A stretch of DNA of 64,000 nt from Blastocatellia bacterium (GTDB taxonomy: Bacteria; Acidobacteriota; Blastocatellia; UBA7656): assembly GCA_963765495.1 (NCBI GenBank), contig CAVXWP010000017.1, positions 64,001 through 128,000 of the forward strand. Reading direction: 5' to 3'. Under the pieces are notes generated by a model. The model did not search any database and had not been told where the DNA came from. It saw only the letters and a program-made list of their open reading frames with translations. Each line of letters begins with the position of its first letter. The first letter of the stretch is position 1. Position numbers and translations under genes: made by a program. Shown in pieces: positions 40,623-49,998 of the stretch.

Positions 40623-41390
40623 ATGCTACTTCTAACCAGTCTATGGCTCGCGGGCGGTAAGCTCGCTTTCTTCCTGCTCCAAGCCGCCGATGAGGCCGGA
40701 GGGGGTGTCGAAACTGCAACCGAGGACTTCTCGCTCTGGGGAATGATCCAGAAGATGAAGTGGCCGGCCATCGTCGTGGCAATCGTGCTGGCCCTTATGA
40801 GCATGTATTCAATTGCAGTTATGGTCGAGCGATGGCTCACCTACAACGCGGCGCGCAATCAATCGCGGCAGTTCGCCCCCAAGGTCGCTGCTGCGCTGCG
40901 CGACAACCGAATTGATGAAGCAATCGCGATTTCAGACCGCCACAAGAAATCGCATCTGGCGATGGTAGTAAATGCCGGGCTCCAGGAGTTCCAGGCGCAT
41001 CAATCGGGTGATATATCGGGTACGACTATGGACGCGGCCCGCCGCGCGCTGCAACGCGCCACGGCTTTGAAGACGGCCGAACTCAAACGCGGACTCTCGG
41101 GTCTTGCGACAATCGGTTCGACCGCCCCGTTTGTGGGACTGCTCGGAACGGTCATCGGCATCATAGGCGCGTTCCAGGGAATGAAGGCCGCCGAAGGAAC
41201 GGGTATCTCGGCAGTGGCCGGCGGTATTTCGGAAGCACTCATCGAGACCGCTTTCGGATTGCTGGTTGCAATACCTGCGGTCTGGGCATTCAATATTTTC
41301 CAGAACAAGGTGGAAGCCTTCATCATCGAGATGGACAACTCTTCTTCCGAGTTGATTGATTACTTCCTGAAACGGCGCGAATTGAGGTGA
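40623..41390 (+). CDS. exbB: MotA/TolQ/ExbB proton channel
   Basis: LATIGSTAPFVGLLGTVIGI, GISEALIETAFGLLVAIPA. Confidence 0.93.
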   Translation: MLLLTSLWLAGGKLAFFLLQAADEAGGGVETATEDFSLWGMIQKMKWPAIVVAIVLALMSMYSIAVMVERWLTYNAARNQSRQFAPKVAAALRDNRIDEAIAISDRHKKSHLAMVVNAGLQEFQAHQSGDISGTTMDAARRALQRATALKTAELKRGLSGLATIGSTAPFVGLLGTVIGIIGAFQGMKAAEGTGISAVAGGISEALIETAFGLLVAIPAVWAFNIFQNKVEAFIIEMDNSSSELIDYFLKRRELR

Positions 41391-41394
41391 TATT

Positions 41395-41844
41395 ATGGGA
41401 ATGGCGTTAGGCGGCGACAGTGGTTTTGTCGCCGATATCAATGTCACACCAATGGTAGACGTGATGCTGGTGCTGCTGATCATATTCATGGTCGTCGCGC
41501 CTCTATTGCAGACCGGCGTCAGTGTCGCGCTGCCTAAATCAAAAAATCCTGAGCTTGATGCAAACATTATCAAAGACACCTCGGCTGTGGTCTCCATCCC
41601 GGATGACAACAACTTTTATATAGGTCGCGATAAGGTCGCACAGGCTGACATTCCTACTAGAATCAAAGGGATTCTAAAAGACAAGAAACCCGACGAGCAG
41701 ATCGTCTATGTGAAGAGCGGCAAGTTCGTCAAATACGGCACCGTCGTTCAGGTAATAGACTCCATCAGAGAAGCGGGTTTCGAGCGCATTGGTCTGGTGG
41801 CTGAAAGAGAGAAAGTCGCTGGCGTTCCGGCGCCGACCCAGTAA
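41395..41844 (+). CDS. exbD: ExbD/TolR family protein (first copy)
   Basis: INVTPMVDVMLVLLIIFMV. Confidence 0.93.
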   Translation: MGMALGGDSGFVADINVTPMVDVMLVLLIIFMVVAPLLQTGVSVALPKSKNPELDANIIKDTSAVVSIPDDNNFYIGRDKVAQADIPTRIKGILKDKKPDEQIVYVKSGKFVKYGTVVQVIDSIREAGFERIGLVAEREKVAGVPAPTQ

Positions 41845-42010
41845 CGGGTCTTAGCAACATCTCCTTTGCAAGTTTTGAATCAGACAATTTCATGTTGGCG
41901 GGTGCTTCACGAAAGCACCCGCAGGGTATTATCTTAAAAATCAGGAGGCTGCAACCGGTCCGGCAAAAAGAAATTTCTATTTTACCTGGGATCGGTCGCT
42001 TGAAAACGAA

Positions 42011-42466
42011 ATGGCACATGGCGAATCCGAAGATGTAATTGGTAGCAAGAAAGTAGGCCTCGCGCCTCCCAACATAAACGTAACTCCGCTGATTGACGTT
42101 TTGCTGGTTCTGCTGATCATTTTCATGGTCATCCAGCCGCGAAAGGAAGCGAAGTTCGAGTCGCAGATACCGTCGAAACCGGATGAAACACAGAACAACA
42201 TAGTCCCTCCACAGGGATTGCTTATGGTCGATGTGAAGACGGGCGGTGGGCTTGATCAACAGGTCGAGTTGAACTCGAGGCCCATGCCGCTGACCGAACT
42301 CGGACCAACGCTCAAGACATATCTCGACCAGCGCCTTGAAAGCGATAGGGCCGTATATATCAAAGCCAGGAAGGATAAGCCCTATGGAGACATAGTTGAC
42401 GTTATAGATGTGATAAAAGGCGCAGGCGCAAGCCCCATCGGTCTCCAGATAGACTATCTGGAATAA
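42011..42466 (+). CDS. exbD: ExbD/TolR family protein (second copy)
   Basis: INVTPLIDVLLVLLIIFMV. Confidence 0.93.
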   Translation: MAHGESEDVIGSKKVGLAPPNINVTPLIDVLLVLLIIFMVIQPRKEAKFESQIPSKPDETQNNIVPPQGLLMVDVKTGGGLDQQVELNSRPMPLTELGPTLKTYLDQRLESDRAVYIKARKDKPYGDIVDVIDVIKGAGASPIGLQIDYLE

Positions 42467-42478
42467 GAGGAATTAGCG

Positions 42479-43300
42479 ATGAATAGAAAATTCAATCTTT
42501 TGGTGCTGGTTGGCCTGATTGTCTCGATGGCAGGGTTATCGGGTTGTAGCGTGGTCAACAATCTGCGCGCCAAAGACAGTTTAAACGAAGGTGTGCGCGA
42601 ATTTAATAAGGGGAAGTTCGATGAGGCGCAGAAGAAATTTGAGCGCGCGCTGGACCTCTCCCCGGGTCTGACCAGCGCGCAGTTGTTTTATGCGCGCGCA
42701 ATGAATGCCCGGTTTGAGCAATCGTTGACCGAAGACCTGGGGCTTGAGACCATAAAGACCTATGAAGACCTGATCCAAAAGAACCCCGACAACCAGAAGA
42801 TCAAGGATCAGGCGCTTGCATTCGAGACAAAGGTCTATGAGCGGCTGGCTGATAACGTTCCAGACAAGAGCAAGGAATACCTCCAGAAGCAGCGAGAAAC
42901 CTTGATCCGCCGGGGTGAAAACGCTACCGACCCGGAAACCAAGGCAGCCGTCTATCACGCGCTGGGAGCGAGCTACTGGAGCGAAGCCTATTATGGTCAC
43001 ACAGAAAAGTACGCGCGGTATAACCGCGAACTGCCGCCCGAAGTGGCCGAAGAGATAAAACCGATGCTGGCAAAGGGACACGAATATATACAACAGTCCC
43101 TTAAAATCAAACCCGACCAGCCGGACGCATGGATATTCGAAAGACTGCTCTTGTATGAAGACAAGAAGATTAACAAAGACCCGGCACAGTTGAAGCAGAT
43201 AGATGCTGCCATAGCTACAGCCGGTGACAATTACAAGAAATATCGCGATCAGCAACAACAAGAAAGCGGGCAGGCCGAAACACCGGCCACAGCGCAGTGA
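42479..43300 (+). CDS. TPR-containing lipoprotein
   Basis: Lipobox LSGC, TPR-like helices, last gene of the tonB operon. Confidence 0.85.
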   Translation: MNRKFNLLVLVGLIVSMAGLSGCSVVNNLRAKDSLNEGVREFNKGKFDEAQKKFERALDLSPGLTSAQLFYARAMNARFEQSLTEDLGLETIKTYEDLIQKNPDNQKIKDQALAFETKVYERLADNVPDKSKEYLQKQRETLIRRGENATDPETKAAVYHALGASYWSEAYYGHTEKYARYNRELPPEVAEEIKPMLAKGHEYIQQSLKIKPDQPDAWIFERLLLYEDKKINKDPAQLKQIDAAIATAGDNYKKYRDQQQQESGQAETPATAQ

Positions 43301-43330
43301 AGTAGAATCCCTCCTGTGTTAGAATTCATG

Positions 43331-43366
43331 GTGACACCTCCCTGGCGGAGGTCGTCACTTTTTTAT
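43331..43366 (+). terminator. intrinsic terminator
   Basis: gtgac-acctcc..ggaggt-cgtcac followed by a T-run. Confidence 0.75.
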
Positions 43367-43436
43367 TTATGGGCTTCCGAGATTTCAGACATAACATCTG
43401 AGGTTTGAAAGTTCAGTACAGGCCTAAGTTACAAGA

Positions 43437-45620
43437 ATGATTCGCTTCGAGAACATAGTTGCAGAGGTAAACCGGAATCATCCGGGAGCGAACGAAGAGT
43501 TGCTCCGGCGCGCATACCTGTTTTCTGCTCGCGAACATCGCGGGCAAATACGCAAATCCGGCGAACCATATCTGATCCACCCGCTTGAAGTGGCCAACAT
43601 CATGGCCGAGTGGAAGCTTGACCCCATCTGTGTCGCTACGGGGTTGCTCCACGATATAGTGGAAGACACAGAGACCAGTCTTGAGACCATCGAAGAGTAT
43701 TTTGGCCCCGAGGTCGCCCATCTGGTCGACGGGCTGACCAAGATCAGCAAACTCGATCACGCATCATACGAAGAACGCCAGGCGCTGAATATGCGAAAGA
43801 TGCTGCTGGCTATGGTCGATGATGTGCGGGTAGTGCTTGTGAAGCTCGCCGACCGTCTCCATAATATGCGAACGCTCGAATATCTGCCGGGCGAAAAACG
43901 CCGCCGCATAGCACAGGAAACCCTCGATGTTTATGCGCCTATAGCCCACAGGCTCGGCATGAGCCGCGTCAGAGGCGAACTCGAAGACCTCGCCTTCAAA
44001 TACCTTGAACCGGAAGAATACGAAAAGCTCAAGGAGCAGGTTGAGAGCCGCCGTTCGAGGTTAGAGGCTTACCTGACCGACGTCAAACAGCGCATCGAGC
44101 AGATGCTGACCGATTCCGACATCAAGTTTGTCAAGATCGAGGGGCGGATAAAGCGTCTATATTCGATCTACCTCAAGCTCAAGCGGCAGAGGATCAACAT
44201 AGACCAGGTTTACGACCTGGTTGCCGTGCGAATAATAACCGAGTCGGTCAAGGACTGCTATGCCGCGCTCGGAGTCATCCATTCACAGTGGAAACCGATC
44301 CCTACGCGCTTCAAGGATTGGATTGCCATCCCGCGTGAAAACTTCTACCAATCTCTTCACACTTCCGTAGTAGGCGAAAGGGGCCAGCCCTTTGAGGTCC
44401 AGTTAAGGACCGCAGAGATGAATCACATAGCCGAAGAGGGTATAGCCGCTCACTGGAAATACAAAGAGGGCCGCAGGGGGTCGCACACCGACGAGGACGA
44501 AGCTTTTGTATGGCTCAAGCGTCTGGTCGAAGGGCAGCAAGAGGTTAAGGATTCGCGCGAGTTTCTTGATTCTCTCAAGCTCGACCTGTACCCGAAAGAG
44601 GTCTACTGCTTTACGCCAAAAGGCAAAGTGATCGAGTTACCACGAGGAGCCACTCCGATAGATTTCGCCTTCACCATACACACGGAAGTGGGACTGACCT
44701 GCACGGGGGCAAAGGCGAACGGTCGCATAGTCCCGCTAAAATACCAGATCAGAAACGGCGACGTGGTCGAGATAATGACATCGTCAAATGCCCGGCCCTC
44801 GCGGGACTGGATGAATTTCGTCAAGACGGCGCGCGCGCGATCCAAGATTCGCCACTACCTGGCTGAAAGCGAGCGCTCGAACGCCATAGAGCTTGGCAAG
44901 AAGCTGTTCGAAAAAGAAGCCGACCGCTTCCGGCTCAACGCAAAGAAGATACTTTCAAACGGCGAGCTTGATCGTATCGCGCCCGATTACGGATGCGCTC
45001 GCGCCGAAGATTTGCTCGCGGCAATCGGCTATGGAAAGGCGCTGCCTCGCAATGTCATAGGCAAACTCCTGCCGCCCGACCGCGCTTCCGAAGTCGAGCA
45101 GGAAAAGAAACCCACTTTCAAGCAGGTTGTAAAGCGCGCTCTTGGATTGCAGGATCGAATAACCGTGAAGGGCGTGGACGACCTTATGGTATATCGCGCC
45201 CGCTGCTGCAACCCCATCCGGGGCGAAGCCATCATGGGGTACATCACGCGAGGCAAGGGGGTGGCGGTTCATTCCGTCAGATGCCCTAATGCGTCGAGCC
45301 TGCTGGTTAATCCCGAACGCATAATAGAAGTCGAATGGATGAAAGCGGACGGCGATAAGACTTCGGCTTACCCGATTACGATGCGTCTAATCACCGAAGA
45401 CCGCCCCGGCATGGTCGCCGACGTGACTCAGGCCATCGCGGGTGTGGGCACAAACATCCGCGACATACATGCTTCGCTCGATAATGAGGGCCGAGGCCAG
45501 CTCGTCCTGACCGCCGAAATATTCGACCTCAAACACCTCGAAAAGATCACGAGCGCGCTCAAAACAGTGCGGGGAGTGATTGATGTTGAGCGTATAAGCG
45601 GAGAACCTGTAGAGGCGTGA
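43437..45620 (+). CDS. relA: bifunctional (p)ppGpp synthetase/hydrolase
   Basis: HD motif LHDIVEDT, KLADRLHNMRTL, YQSLHT, EVQLRT, AAHWKYKE, TGS, CCNPI and ACT domains. Confidence 0.97.
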   Translation: MIRFENIVAEVNRNHPGANEELLRRAYLFSAREHRGQIRKSGEPYLIHPLEVANIMAEWKLDPICVATGLLHDIVEDTETSLETIEEYFGPEVAHLVDGLTKISKLDHASYEERQALNMRKMLLAMVDDVRVVLVKLADRLHNMRTLEYLPGEKRRRIAQETLDVYAPIAHRLGMSRVRGELEDLAFKYLEPEEYEKLKEQVESRRSRLEAYLTDVKQRIEQMLTDSDIKFVKIEGRIKRLYSIYLKLKRQRINIDQVYDLVAVRIITESVKDCYAALGVIHSQWKPIPTRFKDWIAIPRENFYQSLHTSVVGERGQPFEVQLRTAEMNHIAEEGIAAHWKYKEGRRGSHTDEDEAFVWLKRLVEGQQEVKDSREFLDSLKLDLYPKEVYCFTPKGKVIELPRGATPIDFAFTIHTEVGLTCTGAKANGRIVPLKYQIRNGDVVEIMTSSNARPSRDWMNFVKTARARSKIRHYLAESERSNAIELGKKLFEKEADRFRLNAKKILSNGELDRIAPDYGCARAEDLLAAIGYGKALPRNVIGKLLPPDRASEVEQEKKPTFKQVVKRALGLQDRITVKGVDDLMVYRARCCNPIRGEAIMGYITRGKGVAVHSVRCPNASSLLVNPERIIEVEWMKADGDKTSAYPITMRLITEDRPGMVADVTQAIAGVGTNIRDIHASLDNEGRGQLVLTAEIFDLKHLEKITSALKTVRGVIDVERISGEPVEA

Positions 45621-45713
45621 CAAATGATGCGTGATGCGTGATTTTTTTTTAAGAGGAGAGCTTATCCAGGGCTAACTGCTATTCCAGCAGATCACGCATC
45701 ATTTATCACGCAT
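45616..45713. repeat. (CGTGATG)n/(TCACGCA)n element, 50-nt core
   Basis: Begins at the relA stop (GCGTGA). Confidence 0.8.
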
Positions 45714-45731
45714 GCCCTCTCTTTGCCCCGG

Positions 45732-45760
45732 TGGACAATCCCGCCCGCATCTGAGATAAT
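45732..45760 (+). promoter_or_regulatory. putative sigma70 promoter of ridA
   Basis: TGGACA-N17-GATAAT. Confidence 0.55.
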
Positions 45761-45809
45761 TTGCAATTTAAACGAAGCAAATGATTCTTAACTATATCAC
45801 GGAGCAAGA

Positions 45810-46190
45810 ATGAAAGAGCCGGTCAAGACAGATAACGCGCCTGCGGCCATTGGCCCGTATTCGCAGGCCATAAAGGCAAACGGATTTGTTTTCGCATCGG
45901 GCCAGATAGCGCTTGATCCGGCTACGGGTCAGATCGTCGCCGAAGGGGTGCGAGAACAGACCCGGCGCGTGATGGCTAATCTGCGCGCTGTTCTCGAAGC
46001 TGCCGGAACTTCTATGGATCGAGTCGTCAAGACAACTGTATTTCTTGCAGATATGAATGATTTCAGCGAAATGAACGAGGTATACGGCGAGGCATTTGCC
46101 GACGCGCCGCCGGCTCGCTCAACCGTGGAGGTTTCGCGATTGCCTCGTGATGTGCGGGTTGAAATTGACGTGATTGCGCTGGGCGGGTGA
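45810..46190 (+). CDS. ridA: RidA/YjgF family enamine deaminase
   Basis: APAAIGPYSQA, SGQI, VVKTTVFL, PARS..V..LP..VEI. Confidence 0.95.
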   Translation: MKEPVKTDNAPAAIGPYSQAIKANGFVFASGQIALDPATGQIVAEGVREQTRRVMANLRAVLEAAGTSMDRVVKTTVFLADMNDFSEMNEVYGEAFADAPPARSTVEVSRLPRDVRVEIDVIALGG

Positions 46191-46197
46191 GCGATGT

Positions 46198-46320
46198 GAT
46201 TTTGGATTTTCTTGACGCATTATGCGCTTCGCGCGGCGCGATTTTGGATTTTAGATTTTGGATTGAGGATGTAACTCGAAACCCTCCTCTTAATCTAAAA
46301 TCCAAAATCCAAAATCTAAA
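46198..46320. repeat. heptamer palindrome (GATTTTG)n/(AAAATCC)n
   Basis: gattttggattttagattttggatt ... aatctaaaatccaaaatccaaaatctaaa between convergent ridA and rpmB. Confidence 0.88.
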
Positions 46321-46329
46321 GTTGGGTGA

Positions 46330-46521
46330 TTATGCCGCTTTGACGACTTTACCGGCCTTGAGGCAGCGAGTACAGACCCGGATGCGCTGGGCGCGACCGC
46401 TAATGAGAGCGCGAACCGGCTGAAGGTTAGGCTCGAAGCGGCGGCGAGTCCGGTTGTTGGCGTGGCTGACGCGGTTACCGAATTGCGGCCCCTTGCCACA
46501 TATTTCACAGCGTTTAGACAT
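46330..46521 (-). CDS. rpmB: 50S ribosomal protein L28 (Zn-ribbon form)
   Basis: [37 protein letters not shown]; GGAGG RBS. Confidence 0.97.
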   Translation of the reverse strand: MSKRCEICGKGPQFGNRVSHANNRTRRRFEPNLQPVRALISGRAQRIRVCTRCLKAGKVVKAA

Positions 46522-46622
46522 TGTCGAACACCTCCGATGAGAATTTGTTTATGAAAGCAAAACCAAAGTTTAACATGGGCGGCCAATCCGCCGTCAAACC
46601 TTTTTTGCGAAGGAGCAACGTC

Positions 46623-47816
46623 GTGGTTCGTATTCCAAAAGTGTTTACAGTAGTGATGATCCTGCTTGTTTCCCTGCTGGTCGCTTCCTGCAAGAACAAT
46701 TCCAGCAACGCCGACAGCGAATTGGCGGCCAAAGTCGGCCCGCAGGAAATAACGATAAAACAACTTGATAGCGCCATCAAACAGCAAATGGATGCAAGCG
46801 GCAACACCGTTTCTTTCACATCCGATGAACTCGTGTCAGCGCGGCTGAGTGTGCTCGACAGCCTGATTCAAGAAGAGGCCCTGTTTCTGAAAGCCCAGAA
46901 GGAAAATCTTGTCCCGGACGAGAACAAGGTGACTCAGGAGATTCAGAAGACAAAACAGGATGCCCAGTTAACCGAAGATCAGTATCAAAATCAGATCAAA
47001 CAGGCGGGCCTGACCGAGGAAGACTTCCGGGATAAAGTCCGTAAACGGCTCGCCATCGCCGCGCTCCAGGACCGGGAAAAGACGCGCGTAAGCGCTCCTA
47101 CCGACGCCGAGATCGAACGATATTACAATGACCGCAGAAGCCAGATGATCGCAGAAGCCGGGGTCGATCTTGCCATTATCGTAAGCGATCCGGCAAATAA
47201 CGGCGCAACCGATGATGCCGTAGGCGATCAGGCTGCCGAAAATAAGATCAAGGCCATATACGAGCAACTCCGAGGCGGCGCTGATTTCGCCACAATAGCC
47301 CGGCAGAGATCCGAACATCAATCGGGGGCAAACGGCGGCAACCTCGGATTTGGAAACGAATCACAACTCAGGCAAATCATGCCGTCAAGACCCGATATAG
47401 CGCAGCGGTTGTTGTCGATGAATCCCGGCCAGTACACCGAACCGATCAAGGATAACATCAGCGGCCAGTGGGTTATATTCAAGCTCAACGGCAAGCGCAC
47501 CGAGACGAAGAATCTCACGCTTGACGATGTCCGCAAAAACATCATCGACGCGATTACGCAGCAACGACAGCAAATATTGCTGAATGCCCTGCTGATGAGC
47601 GCAATTTCCGAAGCCGACATAAAGAACTATCTCGCCGAGAGGATAGTCGAAAACCCCAAGGCCATCGTCGAGATGAGTCCTTCGCGTTTGCTTGAGCAGA
47701 CCACGCCTGCCAAATCTGAGCAGCCGCAACCGCGCATCGAAAACGAAAACCAGTCGGGTGCGCCTGCGTCAAACTCAAACAGCGCAGCCGCTTCGAATAA
47801 AAACACAAGCAAATGA
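46623..47816 (+). CDS. SurA/PrsA-like peptidyl-prolyl isomerase lipoprotein
   Basis: GTG at 46623 with AAGGAG RBS gives lipobox VASC; SurA-N helices and parvulin 'GADFATIARQRSE..GGNLG'. Confidence 0.85.
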   Translation: MVRIPKVFTVVMILLVSLLVASCKNNSSNADSELAAKVGPQEITIKQLDSAIKQQMDASGNTVSFTSDELVSARLSVLDSLIQEEALFLKAQKENLVPDENKVTQEIQKTKQDAQLTEDQYQNQIKQAGLTEEDFRDKVRKRLAIAALQDREKTRVSAPTDAEIERYYNDRRSQMIAEAGVDLAIIVSDPANNGATDDAVGDQAAENKIKAIYEQLRGGADFATIARQRSEHQSGANGGNLGFGNESQLRQIMPSRPDIAQRLLSMNPGQYTEPIKDNISGQWVIFKLNGKRTETKNLTLDDVRKNIIDAITQQRQQILLNALLMSAISEADIKNYLAERIVENPKAIVEMSPSRLLEQTTPAKSEQPQPRIENENQSGAPASNSNSAAASNKNTSK

Positions 47817-47820
47817 AGCA

Positions 47821-47915
47821 GTGGTCGGTGGTCGGTGAATAGTAGCCAGCAGGCTAATCTTTGCAGAATTCGGTTTTTTCTTGCCGACCACCGACCACTG
47901 ACCACCAACCACCGA
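47821..47915. repeat. heptamer palindrome (GTGGTCG)n/(CCGACCA)n
   Basis: gtggtcggtggtcgg ... ccgaccaccgaccactgaccaccaaccaccga fills the whole intergenic gap. Confidence 0.88.
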
Positions 47916-47917
47916 TC

Positions 47918-49816
47918 ATGCTTTTCCGCCTTGAGGAAGTTCACAAATTATACGGCGCGCACGAAATCCTGCGCGGGGTGACCTTTCAAATAAACCCTTC
48001 CGAGCGCGTGGGGCTTGTCGGACGCAACGGCGCGGGCAAGACTACCATATTTCGCCTTATCACCGGAGCCGAAGAAGCCGATAAAGGCGAGATCATCAGG
48101 CTCAAGAACCTTCGCATCGGCATACTCCAACAACAACCCGTATTTGAGGGGGAAAGAAGCGTAGGCGAAGAGGCTCTGTCAGTATTTGCGGAGCTTCGCG
48201 ATATGGAAGCGGAGATGGAACGGCTCGAACACCTGATGGGAGAAGTAAAGGGCGAAGAGCTGGACCAGATCATGCACGACTATAGCGATCTGCGCCATAG
48301 TTACGAGATCACGGGAGGCTTTTCTTATCCCTCGCGGGCGGAATCCGTTCTTGTAGGGCTCGGGTTCAAGGATGGTGATCTCGCGCAATCTACCGATAAA
48401 TTGAGCGGCGGGCAAAAGGCCCGGCTTGCGCTTGCAAAGCTGCTGCTTGCCGAACCCGATATCCTATTGCTTGACGAGCCGACAAATCACCTGGATGTGA
48501 ACTCGGTTGAATGGCTGGAAGATTTCCTGTCCGAATACAAATCGGCCTTTGTGATTATCTCTCACGACCGTTTTCTGCTGGATCACACCACAAACAAAAT
48601 AGTGGAGATTGAAGACGGGAAGGCAAATATATACCCGGGCAACTATACGGCCTACGTCAGACAGAGAGAAGAACGGAGACTTGCCCAATCGCGAGAGTAT
48701 GAAAAGCAGCAAGAGATGATCGCCCGCACCGAAGAATTTATTCGTCGCAACCTTGCCGGTCAGAAGACAAAGCAGGCCAAGTCGCGTCGTAACATGCTTG
48801 AACGCCTCGACCGCGTTGAAGCGGTCAGAAGCGACGAACCGGCGGGAGATTTTCGAATTCAGAATATAGCTCGCGCAGGCGATAACGTGCTGGCTGCGCG
48901 CGACCTCGCGGTAGGCTATGGCGAAAAGCAGCTTGCATCCGGCATATCGTTTTTGCTCAGGCGCGGAGAGCGGCTTGGCATCATCGGTCCTAACGGATCG
49001 GGAAAGACTACCTTCCTGAAAACGATCATCGGAGAGCTTGACCCGCTTGGGGGCGGCCTGACCTGGGGGGCAAACGTCAATCCAGATTACTTTGATCAGG
49101 AATTGACCCGCCTCGATCTGAGCGCAATCGTGATCGATGAGATGGCCGGGGCCGCGCCGCGCGCTTCGGAAGGCGAGTTGCGCTCTTATCTGGCAAGATT
49201 CCTGTTCACGGGCGATGATGTTTATAAGCCGGTCGCGGGGCTATCGGGCGGGGAAAAGAGCCGCCTTGCGCTTGCCCGTCTCGTCTACAGCCGCGCAAAC
49301 GTCCTCGTGATGGACGAGCCTACCAATCACCTCGACATCCCTTCGCGTGAGGCGCTCGAACGCGCGCTGGCCGATTATCCCGGCACGATCATAACCGTCT
49401 CGCACGACCGCTATTTTCTCGACAAGATAGCGACCGAAATACTTCATTTCGAAAACGAATCGGCCACCTATCACAACGGCAGCTACTCGGATTACTACGC
49501 GCTCCGTCACCGGAAGCAAGTCCAGTTGCAACAGGAGCGGGTCAATCAGCGTTCCAACGCGAGACCCGACAAACCACGCCCGCCCGCAAAGCCCAGAGAG
49601 CGTCGCCGCCCCGTCCACGAGATTGAAAAAGAGATCGAATTATTGGAAGCCGAGATGGCCGAGTTGTCTGAAAAACTCGCAAATCCCGCGCCGGATTGGG
49701 GGCCTGAGCAATACGAGGAAATAGGCAATCGGCAGGGTGTAATCTCGGCCGAGCTTGAACCGCTTTATGCGGAATGGGAAGCCAGCCAACAGTCGTCAGA
49801 ATCAAATTCAATATGA
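47918..49816 (+). CDS. ABC-F family ATPase (Uup/YheS-like)
   Basis: Two ABC cassettes (GRNGAGKT/LSGGQ/LDEPTNHLD; GPNGSGKT/LSGGE/MDEPTNHLD), no TM, C-terminal coiled coil; start set at ATG 47918. Confidence 0.93.
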   Translation: MLFRLEEVHKLYGAHEILRGVTFQINPSERVGLVGRNGAGKTTIFRLITGAEEADKGEIIRLKNLRIGILQQQPVFEGERSVGEEALSVFAELRDMEAEMERLEHLMGEVKGEELDQIMHDYSDLRHSYEITGGFSYPSRAESVLVGLGFKDGDLAQSTDKLSGGQKARLALAKLLLAEPDILLLDEPTNHLDVNSVEWLEDFLSEYKSAFVIISHDRFLLDHTTNKIVEIEDGKANIYPGNYTAYVRQREERRLAQSREYEKQQEMIARTEEFIRRNLAGQKTKQAKSRRNMLERLDRVEAVRSDEPAGDFRIQNIARAGDNVLAARDLAVGYGEKQLASGISFLLRRGERLGIIGPNGSGKTTFLKTIIGELDPLGGGLTWGANVNPDYFDQELTRLDLSAIVIDEMAGAAPRASEGELRSYLARFLFTGDDVYKPVAGLSGGEKSRLALARLVYSRANVLVMDEPTNHLDIPSREALERALADYPGTIITVSHDRYFLDKIATEILHFENESATYHNGSYSDYYALRHRKQVQLQQERVNQRSNARPDKPRPPAKPRERRRPVHEIEKEIELLEAEMAELSEKLANPAPDWGPEQYEEIGNRQGVISAELEPLYAEWEASQQSSESNSI

Positions 49817-49998
49817 CCCGTGTTCATAAAGCGACTGCATGCGCACTGGCTTTATTCGAATCGCCCGTCATAACTCTCCGGTAGCATTCTATGGCCTTCG
49901 ATCCTATGGCCTTCGATCAAAATCTCTTCCAGATCTGTGAGCCCATCCTTTTCGCGGCCTTGTGGAATCGAATCCAAGATGCGGGTTCAGGCTTGAGA

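Noticed and set aside
46521-46622. Head-to-head overlap of rpmB and the SurA-like ORF
   Set aside because: The GTG at 46623 has a good RBS and yields a lipoprotein signal, leaving an ordinary ~100-bp divergent gap.
47861-47917. N-terminal extension or leader peptide on the ABC-F gene
   Set aside because: The extra codons are the (CCGACCA)n repeat arm; the ATG at 47918 gives a normal ABC-F start.
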